From Planctomycetota bacterium (lineage in GTDB: Bacteria > Planctomycetota > UBA1135 > JACQFD01), in the NCBI GenBank assembly GCA_046160785.1, contig JBJXHE010000017.1, forward strand, positions 8,038 to 72,037: a DNA stretch of 64,000 nucleotides. Direction: 5' to 3'. Below, piece after piece: positions 10,812 through 18,410 of this stretch (positions are counted from its first letter, which is position 1; each line of letters begins with the position of its first letter). The position numbers were made by a program, and so were the translations under genes. The notes below the pieces were generated by a model. It was not told the DNA's origin, did no database searches, and worked only from the letters and a program-made list of their open reading frames with translations.

Positions 10812-11018
10812 GTTATAATTAGCAGTAGTTATTTATTGTTAATGACTCCAGGGGACTTGATCGCGTCGTGTCACGCGTGCTCGCGCGCATAACCGTGGCG
10901 CCGGAGTATTAGTAAATACAGACGCGCCTGGACCACTGCCGCGGACGGCGATACGTAGCGGACCAAGGTCCGCTCCTTCATACGCGCCGTCATTAGATAT
11001 ATTAATAATGATGACGAC

Positions 11019-11054
11019 GGGGTCAGGCATTTCAATTAGGGGTGCCTGGCACCC
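11019..11054. repeat. Hairpin H1 (degenerate copy) at the inner end of the left palindrome arm
   Basis: GGGGTCAGGCAtttcaattaggggTGCCTGGCACCC. It has a 6-bp perfect core stem plus imperfect extension, and it is homologous to H2. Confidence 0.6.
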
Positions 11055-11117
11055 AATGGGACATAACTGTCGCTTTGCAGCCACAACTTCTTTATTAACA
11101 ACATTCTCAAATTTAGA

Positions 11118-11152
11118 GGGGTCAGGCACTCCTAATTAGGGTGCCTGACCCC
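11118..11152. repeat. Hairpin H2 (perfect 12-bp stem, 11-nt loop) at the inner end of the right palindrome arm
   Basis: GGGGTCAGGCAC-tcctaattagg-GTGCCTGACCCC. Confidence 0.8.
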
Positions 11153-11377
11153 AGGCTCCCGTTACTTAATCCGTCATTATTAATATTCCCGGTGGTGTAT
11201 CGCGAGCGCAGCGCGCCGTGGTGCGCGGAAGAAGGCGCTACGTATCGCCGAGCGCGGCAGTGGTCCAGGCGCGTTTGTAACAATTACTACATTTGCGCCG
11301 CGGTTTAGGCGCGCGAGCACGCGATACACACCGGGCCCTCGCGGGAGCGAGCTACTCACCGGGCCCCGGCGGGAGCC

Positions 11378-13750
11378 TTAGTTTTTCTTAGTTTTCGCAG
11401 ACGCGGTTTTATCTGTTGTAGATGTGTATATTACAGTTTCGGTCGCGAGTTTTGACACTGCCTGAAATTGGACCGCAACGGGAATATCAATTTCGAGGCC
11501 TGGTTTTGCGATGGATTCATTAAGCATTCCGTCGTCGCGGAAGTAGCCGCTGAGAGGTTTATTTTTTATAGTTACTGTAAAGGGCGCGGGCCCCGCTTGA
11601 ATGACGCCGTTTACTTTCTTAAATGTAAATTTGAAACTGTTATTTTTGTTGACAGGAGTGGCGACGCCGTTTGCGTCGAGAGTGTACACGAGTCCGAGGC
11701 CGCCAATATTAATAATGACGGTTTGGCCTTCCGGGTTAAATCCTTCCGGGACGTCGAGAGTGCCCTTTAACGTTAGTGAATCTTTAAGAGCTTTATGAGG
11801 ATCGTGGTTCAATTTGATGGAAAGAGATGTAATATCAAATCCCATGAACGTCGGAGGCGCTTCGAATCTACGGAGTGCGATTGGGATGACCACAGGATCA
11901 TTGAACGCGTCGGCGCTCGTAACGGTAATATGTACAATTGTGGTTTCCGGCGCGACCGCGATATTTCCGCCATTAAATGTAATATCAATAAAATCGCCGG
12001 GGCCGCCCGTCGGGTTTACAAGATTAATCGCGTTCGAATCAATCGAAGCTCCCCATGAAACGTCGCTCGGGAAGTTATTAATAAAACCCTGCGGATCGAA
12101 CGAGGTTGAAAACGTTCCAAATAGATCCGAAGTTGAGGTGGTTCCGAAACACGGCGGCTGCGACTGAAGCCAGCGCTGCGCCGGCTTCGGGCTTTTGTTA
12201 AATATGCGGTTCGCGCTTGGATCGACTACAAAAAATTCGGATTGAAACGTGCCGAGGTCAAAAAACGATCCGTTAAAAACTTTCTTATTTGTATTTTGAT
12301 CGGTAATCGAAACCTTTGCCGATTTTGCATCTTTATTAATCAGGAAATTGCCGGGCCCGTTGGGATTCACAATGAGCGGAAACGAAATCGATCCCGTCGG
12401 CGGAAGATTCTTAATATTAACGTTATTGATCTGCGGATTGCCGGGCGACAGTTGCGTAGTGCCGTTGGCGACATATTGTACATTCGTCGGGTTGATACTC
12501 GACCGGAAGTAATCGGCGGCTTGCTGCGGGAACATTTGTAATCCGGAGCCGGGTCCGCCCGTCTGGGTGCCAGGTCCGCCTTCGTTGATTAGTAAATTTC
12601 CCGCTCCGTGCGTCATTTGTGGCAATGCGCTCTTTTCTTTAAAAGTAAAGATACCTGTAGACCAAGTTACTTTTGTTGAACCGCCCGTAGAAACTGCATC
12701 TGTAGTTTCGCAGAGAGGCGACTTGCCCGGCATCGGTCCGGCGAGGAGCGCCGTTCCCGCGCATCCGAGGATCGGATCGCCATCGCCAAAGAAACCAGAC
12801 GCTGTAATTAATTGTTCGCTACAACTGCCGTCCGCGCACATTTCATAACTTCGAATAATAGTTGGAATCACGGCGACGCCGAACGGAGGCAGCGCGATAT
12901 TTGTAGTGATATCGTGATCCGACACGATGTGCGGATCGCCGGGCGGCAGCAGCAGGCCCGTCGGAAACTCGTCGCCGAATTGATGCGGAAAATTATCTTC
13001 GCCGGCGTTGGGCGACGAAAGCGCAAATATAACAGATGGGTCGCCGCTTGCGGGCGTGCGCGCGGACTGTTTCGTGGTGCCGGTTAATGTTACAAATGCG
13101 TAATTGTCAGGATCATTGTTCTCTAATAAATAAAACGTAAACGCCTGGTCGCCGCGGCGGCACACTTGGAATTCACCCATGCCCGCGGTCAAGTGTTCCA
13201 AATTCAATCGTGGAATTGTAGTATCCGACGGCGACGGCTCGACGATACAAATTGTAGTGTCGCCGACGCCGGTGATGGTTCCCGCTCCGACTCCGCCCGC
13301 GAATGTTACAGAATACGTTCCGGAAACAATACAAATGGCGCCGGCAGCCGCGATCGCGCCGCCCGGAATTGGAAAAGGAAACGCGCCGCCCGCAATCGGC
13401 TGGGGGCCCGGAATTGTAGGAACCGCGACGGGCACCGCGACCGGGCCGATCACCACCGGCGCTCCGCCGCCCATCGGTGCGCACGTTAATGTTAATTCAA
13501 GCGACGCGGCGCTCGGCTGCGCGCACAGAATATTAGGATTCCATGTTACAAATGGAAGCAGCCCGATCGGAACCGTGAATCCAATCCCAGCTCCCGGGAA
13601 AACTACAGTTCGTCGCGGAAATTTTGCTAAAAATATGCTTTGCCCGCAGTTGGGCCTCGGCGTTCCCTGGCACGCGAGGATGTAGGCGACGCCCGCGGTC
13701 GCAAAAACCATAGTGACTAATAAAACACGAAGGACGATTTTTTGTAACAT
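11378..13750 (-). CDS. Orphan secreted protein, ~790 aa, no recognisable domain
   Basis: The ORF is long and uninterrupted. The ATG at 13750 gives a signal-like MLQKIVLRVLLVTMVFATAGVAYILA. The protein is rich in Gly/Pro/Thr/Asn, has several Cys pairs, and its C-terminal third looks beta-rich. I recognise no catalytic motif. Confidence 0.6.
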   Translation of the reverse strand: MLQKIVLRVLLVTMVFATAGVAYILACQGTPRPNCGQSIFLAKFPRRTVVFPGAGIGFTVPIGLLPFVTWNPNILCAQPSAASLELTLTCAPMGGGAPVVIGPVAVPVAVPTIPGPQPIAGGAFPFPIPGGAIAAAGAICIVSGTYSVTFAGGVGAGTITGVGDTTICIVEPSPSDTTIPRLNLEHLTAGMGEFQVCRRGDQAFTFYLLENNDPDNYAFVTLTGTTKQSARTPASGDPSVIFALSSPNAGEDNFPHQFGDEFPTGLLLPPGDPHIVSDHDITTNIALPPFGVAVIPTIIRSYEMCADGSCSEQLITASGFFGDGDPILGCAGTALLAGPMPGKSPLCETTDAVSTGGSTKVTWSTGIFTFKEKSALPQMTHGAGNLLINEGGPGTQTGGPGSGLQMFPQQAADYFRSSINPTNVQYVANGTTQLSPGNPQINNVNIKNLPPTGSISFPLIVNPNGPGNFLINKDAKSAKVSITDQNTNKKVFNGSFFDLGTFQSEFFVVDPSANRIFNKSPKPAQRWLQSQPPCFGTTSTSDLFGTFSTSFDPQGFINNFPSDVSWGASIDSNAINLVNPTGGPGDFIDITFNGGNIAVAPETTIVHITVTSADAFNDPVVIPIALRRFEAPPTFMGFDITSLSIKLNHDPHKALKDSLTLKGTLDVPEGFNPEGQTVIINIGGLGLVYTLDANGVATPVNKNNSFKFTFKKVNGVIQAGPAPFTVTIKNKPLSGYFRDDGMLNESIAKPGLEIDIPVAVQFQAVSKLATETVIYTSTTDKTASAKTKKN

Positions 13751-13805
13751 GGCATCCCTGCAAATTGTAAACATCCGTGGGAGACATCGAAGGGCCGGCC
13801 ACAAC

Positions 13806-13842
13806 GCTACAACTGCGCACGCTACAACTGCGCACGCTACAA
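13806..13842. repeat. Tandem 15-bp repeat, ~2.5 copies (GCTACAACTGCGCAC)
   Basis: 13806-13820 and 13821-13835 are identical. A third partial copy runs into the duplicated tRNA trailer. Confidence 0.85.
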
Positions 13843-13866
13843 ATGGTGGGCGGCACAGGAGTTGAA
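13828..13866 (-). repeat. Exact 39-bp duplicate of the tRNA-Val 3' end (T-loop to CCA, 23 nt) plus 16 nt of trailer
   Basis: CTGCGCACGCTACAAATGGTGGGCGGCACAGGAGTTGAA occurs at 13828-13866 and again at 13910-13948. The second copy is part of the intact tRNA. Confidence 0.9.
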
Positions 13867-13925
13867 AATTAGCAGTCGCTAGAATTAACTAGCGGTGCGG
13901 CAATTCGTCCTGCGCACGCTACAAA

Positions 13926-14002
13926 TGGTGGGCGGCACAGGAGTTGAACCTGTGACCTCTACAATGTGAGCGTAGCGCTCTAACCAACTGAGCTAGCCGC
14001 CC
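13926..14002 (-). tRNA. tRNA-Val (anticodon CAC), CCA encoded
   Basis: Manual cloverleaf: acceptor GGGCGGC/GCCGCCC, D-arm GCTC-AGTTGGTTA-GAGC, anticodon arm CTACG-CTCACAT-TGTAG, variable loop AGGTC, T-arm ACAGG-TTCAACT-CCTGT, discriminator A, CCA. Confidence 0.9.
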
Positions 14003-14017
14003 TAAGTTAAACGTTAA

Positions 14018-14048
14018 TATAAAGAACCGGCTGTCTTCGAACAGCCGG
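14018..14048 (-). terminator. Candidate intrinsic terminator downstream of etfA
   Basis: The hairpin is CCGGCTGT-cttcga-ACAGCCGG (14027-14048). On the minus strand it is followed by TTCTTTAT. Confidence 0.5.
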
Positions 14049-14154
14049 AGAGTACCCGATTCGGGGGGTACGTGCTACGGGGTATGAGTGCTAACCACGA
14101 ATCCGCGAAGACTCGTACGCATGCGGTATGGCGTGCGCACCACCGCAACCCGGC

Positions 14155-15135
14155 CTACCCCGCCGCCGTGAGAGCTTTTACGGCTTCCGTCAGCACCGGC
14201 AATACTTCAAATACGTCGCCGACAATACCATAATCCGCAACTTTAAAGATCGGCGCTTCCGGGTCTTTATTGATAGCTACAATTACTCGCGACGACGACA
14301 TTCCGGCTAAATGTTGTATTGCGCCCGAAATTCCGCAGGCAATGTAAAGAGTCGGCGCGACGGTTTTTCCGGTCTGGCCGACCTGCTCGTCGTGCGGCCG
14401 CCATCCCGCGTCGACGACCGCGCGCGTCGCGCCGATCGCCGCGTTACCGCCAAACGCTTTTGCTAAGTTATCAATTAAACCCCAGTGTTCTGGGCCTTTG
14501 AGCCCGCGTCCGCCTGAAATCACAACGGGCGCTTCTGTTACATCCAGTTTCGCGGCAACCGCAGACAAGACTTCTTTAACAATAGCGAGAACGTCTCCAG
14601 TGCTCGAATTTTTGTTAACTACAGTTACAGGCGAACCCGTCTCGGAGTGCGCGAATACGTTGGGGCGGAGCGTCGCAGCGAGAATTCCCGACGCGGCCTC
14701 AACTGTAATATATGCTTTTCCGGCGTAGACGGGCCGCTTCGCGCGAATCTTACCATTCTCGACCGAGAACCCAATGCAATCGCTCGCGAGTCCGGAATTT
14801 GCTAAGACTGCGACGCGCGGCGCCAAATCTTTACCCTGCGGCGTCGCAGCAAAGAAAATCGCTGCCGGCTGTTTTTCGCCCACGATGCGATGGAGCGCGA
14901 CGGCGAAACCGTCGCCGGAATAGTTATTTAACTTTTCGTCTTGAATTGTAATAACTTCATTTGCACCCGCTTTTCCGAGCACCGCGCCAGCGTCGCCGAT
15001 CGCTGTTCCTACAGTTACCGCGGTGACCGACCCGCCAAGATTCTTAGCAAGTCGCGAAGCTTCCGAAACCGCTTCAAGCGAACTTTTGCGGATCGCGCCA
15101 GACTTTAATTCTACAAATACGAGAATGTTTGACAT
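14155..15135 (-). CDS. etfA: Electron transfer flavoprotein, alpha subunit
   Basis: The length is typical (326 aa) and the C-terminal FAD-binding region reads PTLYIACGISGAIQHLAGM. It overlaps etfB by 1 nt. Confidence 0.9.
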   Translation of the reverse strand: MSNILVFVELKSGAIRKSSLEAVSEASRLAKNLGGSVTAVTVGTAIGDAGAVLGKAGANEVITIQDEKLNNYSGDGFAVALHRIVGEKQPAAIFFAATPQGKDLAPRVAVLANSGLASDCIGFSVENGKIRAKRPVYAGKAYITVEAASGILAATLRPNVFAHSETGSPVTVVNKNSSTGDVLAIVKEVLSAVAAKLDVTEAPVVISGGRGLKGPEHWGLIDNLAKAFGGNAAIGATRAVVDAGWRPHDEQVGQTGKTVAPTLYIACGISGAIQHLAGMSSSRVIVAINKDPEAPIFKVADYGIVGDVFEVLPVLTEAVKALTAAG

Positions 15136-15893
15136 TAAAGCACCTTTGCTTCTTCGCGGAGTCTTTTGATAAGTTCGTCCACGGCCTCGGGGCCTTTACC
15201 CATGAAACGCCCTGCCTGGCGCGCGGCCGGCAGCGACATATCAATAATATTTAATTTCGACGCGCTCGCGGCGGCCGGCAATTCTTCCAGCGGCTTTTTC
15301 TTAGCAGCCATGATTCCCTGCAATTTTACATATCGCGGTTCGTTAAGACCTTTTTGAGTTGTTAAGACTACTGGCAATTTTGCTTCCACGACTTCGCGCG
15401 CGCCGCCCTCGATCTCGCGCTCGCAGCGCGCGACGTCGCCGTTGATTTCAACTTTAACAACTTCCGTAATGCAAGAATAACCAAGAATAGTAGCAATCAT
15501 GGTTCCGACGTGCCCGTTGTCGCGATCGACGGACTGCTTGCCGGTCATAACAATTCTCGGATTAATTTTCTTTATCTGCTCCGCAAGAACTGTAGCGATC
15601 GAAAACGCGTCGCGCGAATCGGACTGGTCGTCTTTTAGTAATATTGCTTTGTCGGCTCCGCGCGCGAGCTCGTTGCGCAATTCTTTCTGCGCGTCACCCG
15701 GCCCGAGGCAAAGAACTGTTACATTTCCGCCTCCGGATTTTTCTTTAATTCGCAGCGCTTCCTCGACGGCAAATTCGTCGAACGGATTCAGTTCATATTG
15801 AATACCGGCGGGGTCGATCGATTTACCGCTCGGCCCAACCTTCACGCGCGTGTCGGTCGACGGCACACGCTTCACGCAGGCAACGATGTCCAT
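15135..15893 (-). CDS. etfB: Electron transfer flavoprotein, beta subunit
   Basis: The N-terminus MDIVACVKRVPSTDTRVKV and the NPFDEFAVEEALRIKE motif fit EtfB. It lies directly upstream of etfA. Confidence 0.9.
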   Translation of the reverse strand: MDIVACVKRVPSTDTRVKVGPSGKSIDPAGIQYELNPFDEFAVEEALRIKEKSGGGNVTVLCLGPGDAQKELRNELARGADKAILLKDDQSDSRDAFSIATVLAEQIKKINPRIVMTGKQSVDRDNGHVGTMIATILGYSCITEVVKVEINGDVARCEREIEGGAREVVEAKLPVVLTTQKGLNEPRYVKLQGIMAAKKKPLEELPAAASASKLNIIDMSLPAARQAGRFMGKGPEAVDELIKRLREEAKVL

Positions 15894-15954
15894 AACTACA
15901 ATTAGGTGTTCGGGGAAAAAACGGGCGAAGAGCTTAACAGCCCGAGCGGGCCGG

Positions 15955-16680
15955 TTATATGCGGAAGTTGTCGCCGAGGTAAACGCGGCGGACTTCGGGG
16001 TCGTTTTCGAGTTCGGCCGTGCGACCGTGCCGAAAAATTTTGCCGTCGACCAGAATGTAAGAGCGATCTGTTATTTGTAGCGTTTCGCGAACATTATGAT
16101 CCGTTAACAATATGCCAATCCCCTGTTGCCGCAATTCCTTAAGAATCCCTTGAATGTCTTGAACCGCGATCGGATCGACGCCTGCGAACGGTTCGTCCAA
16201 AAGTAGTAATTTGGGATTCTTAGTAAGCGCACGAGCGACCTCGAGGCGGCGGCGCTCGCCGCCGGAAAGCGTTTCGGCGATTCGCGTACGCAGTTTTTCG
16301 ATATGTAATTGTTCTAAAACTTCGTCGAGACGTTTGCGTCGCTCGGCTCGCGACAGATCGGTGGTCTCCAGAATCGCAAGAAGATTGTCACGAACCGACA
16401 TTCTTCTAAAAACGGACGATTCCTGGGGAAGGTATCCCATTCCCAAACGCGCCCGTTTGAACATCGGGAGGTCGGTGACATCCGCGCCGTCGAATCTAAC
16501 ATTTCCCGACGTTGCTACAATTAGACCGACCGTCATCCTAAAAGATGTTGTCTTTCCCGCTCCGTTCGGACCAAGAAGTCCTACAATCTCGCTTTGTGTA
16601 ACATTAAAAGAAACGCCGTTGACGACCGCGCGTCCGCGATAAACCTTTCGTAGCTCTTCGGTTTCGAGAAGCGCCGGCAT
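15955..16680 (-). CDS. lptB: LPS export ABC transporter ATP-binding protein
   Basis: Walker A GPNGAGKTT, signature LSGGERRRLEVARAL and Walker B LLLLDEPFAGVDP are all present. At 241 aa the protein has an LptB-like N- and C-terminus. Confidence 0.85.
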   Translation of the reverse strand: MPALLETEELRKVYRGRAVVNGVSFNVTQSEIVGLLGPNGAGKTTSFRMTVGLIVATSGNVRFDGADVTDLPMFKRARLGMGYLPQESSVFRRMSVRDNLLAILETTDLSRAERRKRLDEVLEQLHIEKLRTRIAETLSGGERRRLEVARALTKNPKLLLLDEPFAGVDPIAVQDIQGILKELRQQGIGILLTDHNVRETLQITDRSYILVDGKIFRHGRTAELENDPEVRRVYLGDNFRI

Positions 16681-16955
16681 TTGTGGAAGAAGTGTGGATA
16701 GTTCTTTGTTAGTGCTTCGCAGAGCGAGATGCGCCGCAAGAGTGGCGTAAGTTTACAAAAACTTAACGCCGAATGAAGTTCTACATGCGAACCAAATTTG
16801 TTTGTGTAACATCTTATAACAAAAGAGATTGGGCGTTGTGGAAAACGTGTTGATTCGTGTCAGGAAGCTGTTGAAGATTTTTATTGTAGTAATGTGCGGG
16901 TTGCCCATGACGCATGTCAATCGTGCCGCACCCGGCTCGGATCGCGTGTGGATAA

Positions 16956-18371
16956 CTAACGAACGACGCCGATTCGAACGGCTGGAGAGAACGGCGGCCA
17001 CGGCCAAAAGACAAAAAACGCGCGGCCAAGGAAGTGGTCGGCCGGTACGAAATACCGCGCGATGTCGACGCGGCGCGTCGATTCCCCAATTCGATATTCC
17101 TCGCCGAATTCGTCGCGAAAGATATCAATTCCAGGCTGGCCCGGCATGTTAAATCTACGCGGATTCCAATCCGAGGATGCGCCCGACGTTCGCGTTCCGC
17201 CGACGAGCTTCGACATTCCATCAACTGGCGAATTTAGATATATCGTTTTTTCCATCCACGCGCGGCCGTCGGCGCTCGCGAGAGAATTATCACCTAACAT
17301 AAAATAATTGCCTTCGGGAATTGTAGCCGACCGAAATCCTTGCATGTTTGTGTAGTAAACGTCGCGGTCGAGTTCGATCGAATGGATCGTTAATGTTCCG
17401 CCTTCCGTCGCGAGCGACACGGAATTCTCGCCCGGAGTATTGGTGCTTTCAAATTCGCTTCGCGCGACCGATTCTCCATTGATAAAAACTTCGGCCGCCT
17501 CGTCTGCGCGCGCGAAAGATATTAAATTTTCCTGGCCGAATTTTAGCTTTACTTCTTTCGATGCAATCTCGCGGTCATTAAAAGTAATTTTTAATTTTCC
17601 TTCGCCCGCCGATGGTCCCGGGATTTCAACGCGCAAGGCGTCGCCGCCCCAGCCGAGCCGCATCGATAGTTGTTGGTGTTCCGCGGAAGGCGTGGTTCGG
17701 ATTGTTAGCCGGAGGTCGCGCACTCGATTGTGATCGGGCTCGTGCTGCGATGTAACCAATAACGGCTTTACCTTTTCCGGGTAGCCGTCTTCGTATGTAT
17801 CAAAAATGGTTTTTTTTGTTGCAAACTTCGCGGAGCCCGCCGCAGAAATAGTATGATTCTGTTCGGTGAAATTTGTTAGATCGAAATAGGCGGAAGGCTT
17901 TCGATCATCATCGTTATTCCAAACGTTGAGCCACATGGATTCTTGAATACGCGGCGGCTTTCGCGCGACGCGAAATTCCTCGGCCGCGGATTTCCGAACT
18001 TTAATATCGCCGTGTTCAATTTTTAATTCTTCGCCGGGAAGTCCGACGACTCTTTTGATATATCGATTCGCGCGATCGAGAGGATACAAAAACACCCAGA
18101 TTTCCCAGCGGTTTGGCCCGCGCACGAACGGAATTAATTTATCAACTAAAATGCGGTCAAAGATTTTTGTAGATACCGGCACTTGCCGCCCGTTCGAAAT
18201 CTGCGTGACGCGCGCGTCGAGGCCCATGAGCGTCGGCTGCATCGAGCCGGTCGGGATTTGAAAAGCTTCGAGCGTGAAATACTTCAATATCAGCGCCATT
18301 ACAATTGCAATGGCCGCCGTTTCTAAATTTTCGCGCCACGGGTGGGCGGTCGCGGAAGTGGGTTGTGTCAC
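16956..18371 (-). CDS. lepB: Signal peptidase I (long form)
   Basis: The S26 catalytic boxes are GSMQPTL (Ser), YIKRVVGLPGE (Lys) and GDNSLASADGR. It lies immediately downstream of lepA. A ~200-aa insertion lies between the boxes. Confidence 0.85.
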   Translation of the reverse strand: MTQPTSATAHPWRENLETAAIAIVMALILKYFTLEAFQIPTGSMQPTLMGLDARVTQISNGRQVPVSTKIFDRILVDKLIPFVRGPNRWEIWVFLYPLDRANRYIKRVVGLPGEELKIEHGDIKVRKSAAEEFRVARKPPRIQESMWLNVWNNDDDRKPSAYFDLTNFTEQNHTISAAGSAKFATKKTIFDTYEDGYPEKVKPLLVTSQHEPDHNRVRDLRLTIRTTPSAEHQQLSMRLGWGGDALRVEIPGPSAGEGKLKITFNDREIASKEVKLKFGQENLISFARADEAAEVFINGESVARSEFESTNTPGENSVSLATEGGTLTIHSIELDRDVYYTNMQGFRSATIPEGNYFMLGDNSLASADGRAWMEKTIYLNSPVDGMSKLVGGTRTSGASSDWNPRRFNMPGQPGIDIFRDEFGEEYRIGESTRRVDIARYFVPADHFLGRAFFVFWPWPPFSPAVRIGVVR

Positions 18372-18410
18372 GTTCGGGTTCCAGTTTGATTGATATATTG
18401 ATATAAATAA

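Larger units (their letters stand above)
10868..11332. repeat. 465-bp imperfect palindrome (long inverted repeat; MITE-like or structured-RNA locus)
   Basis: Four blocks are exact reverse complements: 10874-10888/11309-11323 (15 bp), 10922-10943/11253-11274 (22 bp), 10947-10960/11236-11249 (14 bp) and 10999-11011/11174-11186 (13 bp). Arms of ~185-215 bp flank a non-palindromic 63-nt centre. Confidence 0.75.

Noticed and set aside
10839-11129. A 96-aa minus-strand ORF (GTG start) inside the left arm of the 465-bp palindrome
   Set aside because: - The mirrored right arm has no equivalent ORF.
- The reading frame is built from the hairpin repeats, so MPDP appears twice.
- It has no plausible ribosome-binding context.
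- It is best explained as a by-product of a non-coding palindrome.
10868-11332. The palindrome arms as template and variable repeats of a diversity-generating retroelement acting on the adjacent orphan protein
   Set aside because: - The arms are inverted rather than direct.
- They lie outside the coding sequence.
- Their differences are not adenine-specific.
- No reverse transcriptase is nearby.
13806-13866. The 15-bp tandem repeats near the tRNA as a mini CRISPR array
   Set aside because: - The repeats are contiguous with no spacers.
- They are only 15 bp long with about 2.5 copies.
- No cas genes are present.
- This is slippage-type duplication of the tRNA trailer.
16681-16955. The 275-nt lepB-lptB intergenic region as a possible ncRNA or small gene
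   Set aside because: - Only weak hairpins are present, for example GGCGTAAGT...ACTTAACGCC at about 16744-16770.
- I see no terminator-like U-run and no motif of a known RNA (6S, SRP, tmRNA, RNase P).
- Listed ORFs there overlap lepB or look non-coding.
- It is left unannotated. RNA-seq would be needed.
17811-17820. A8/T8 runs inside coding regions (lepB at about 17810-17818 and fliO at 56161-56168) as frameshift-type phase-variation sites
   Set aside because: - Both simply encode Lys-Lys in otherwise conserved genes.
- lepB is essential, which makes ON/OFF switching implausible.
- Only the intergenic G8 tract at 47420-47427 has a suggestive context.
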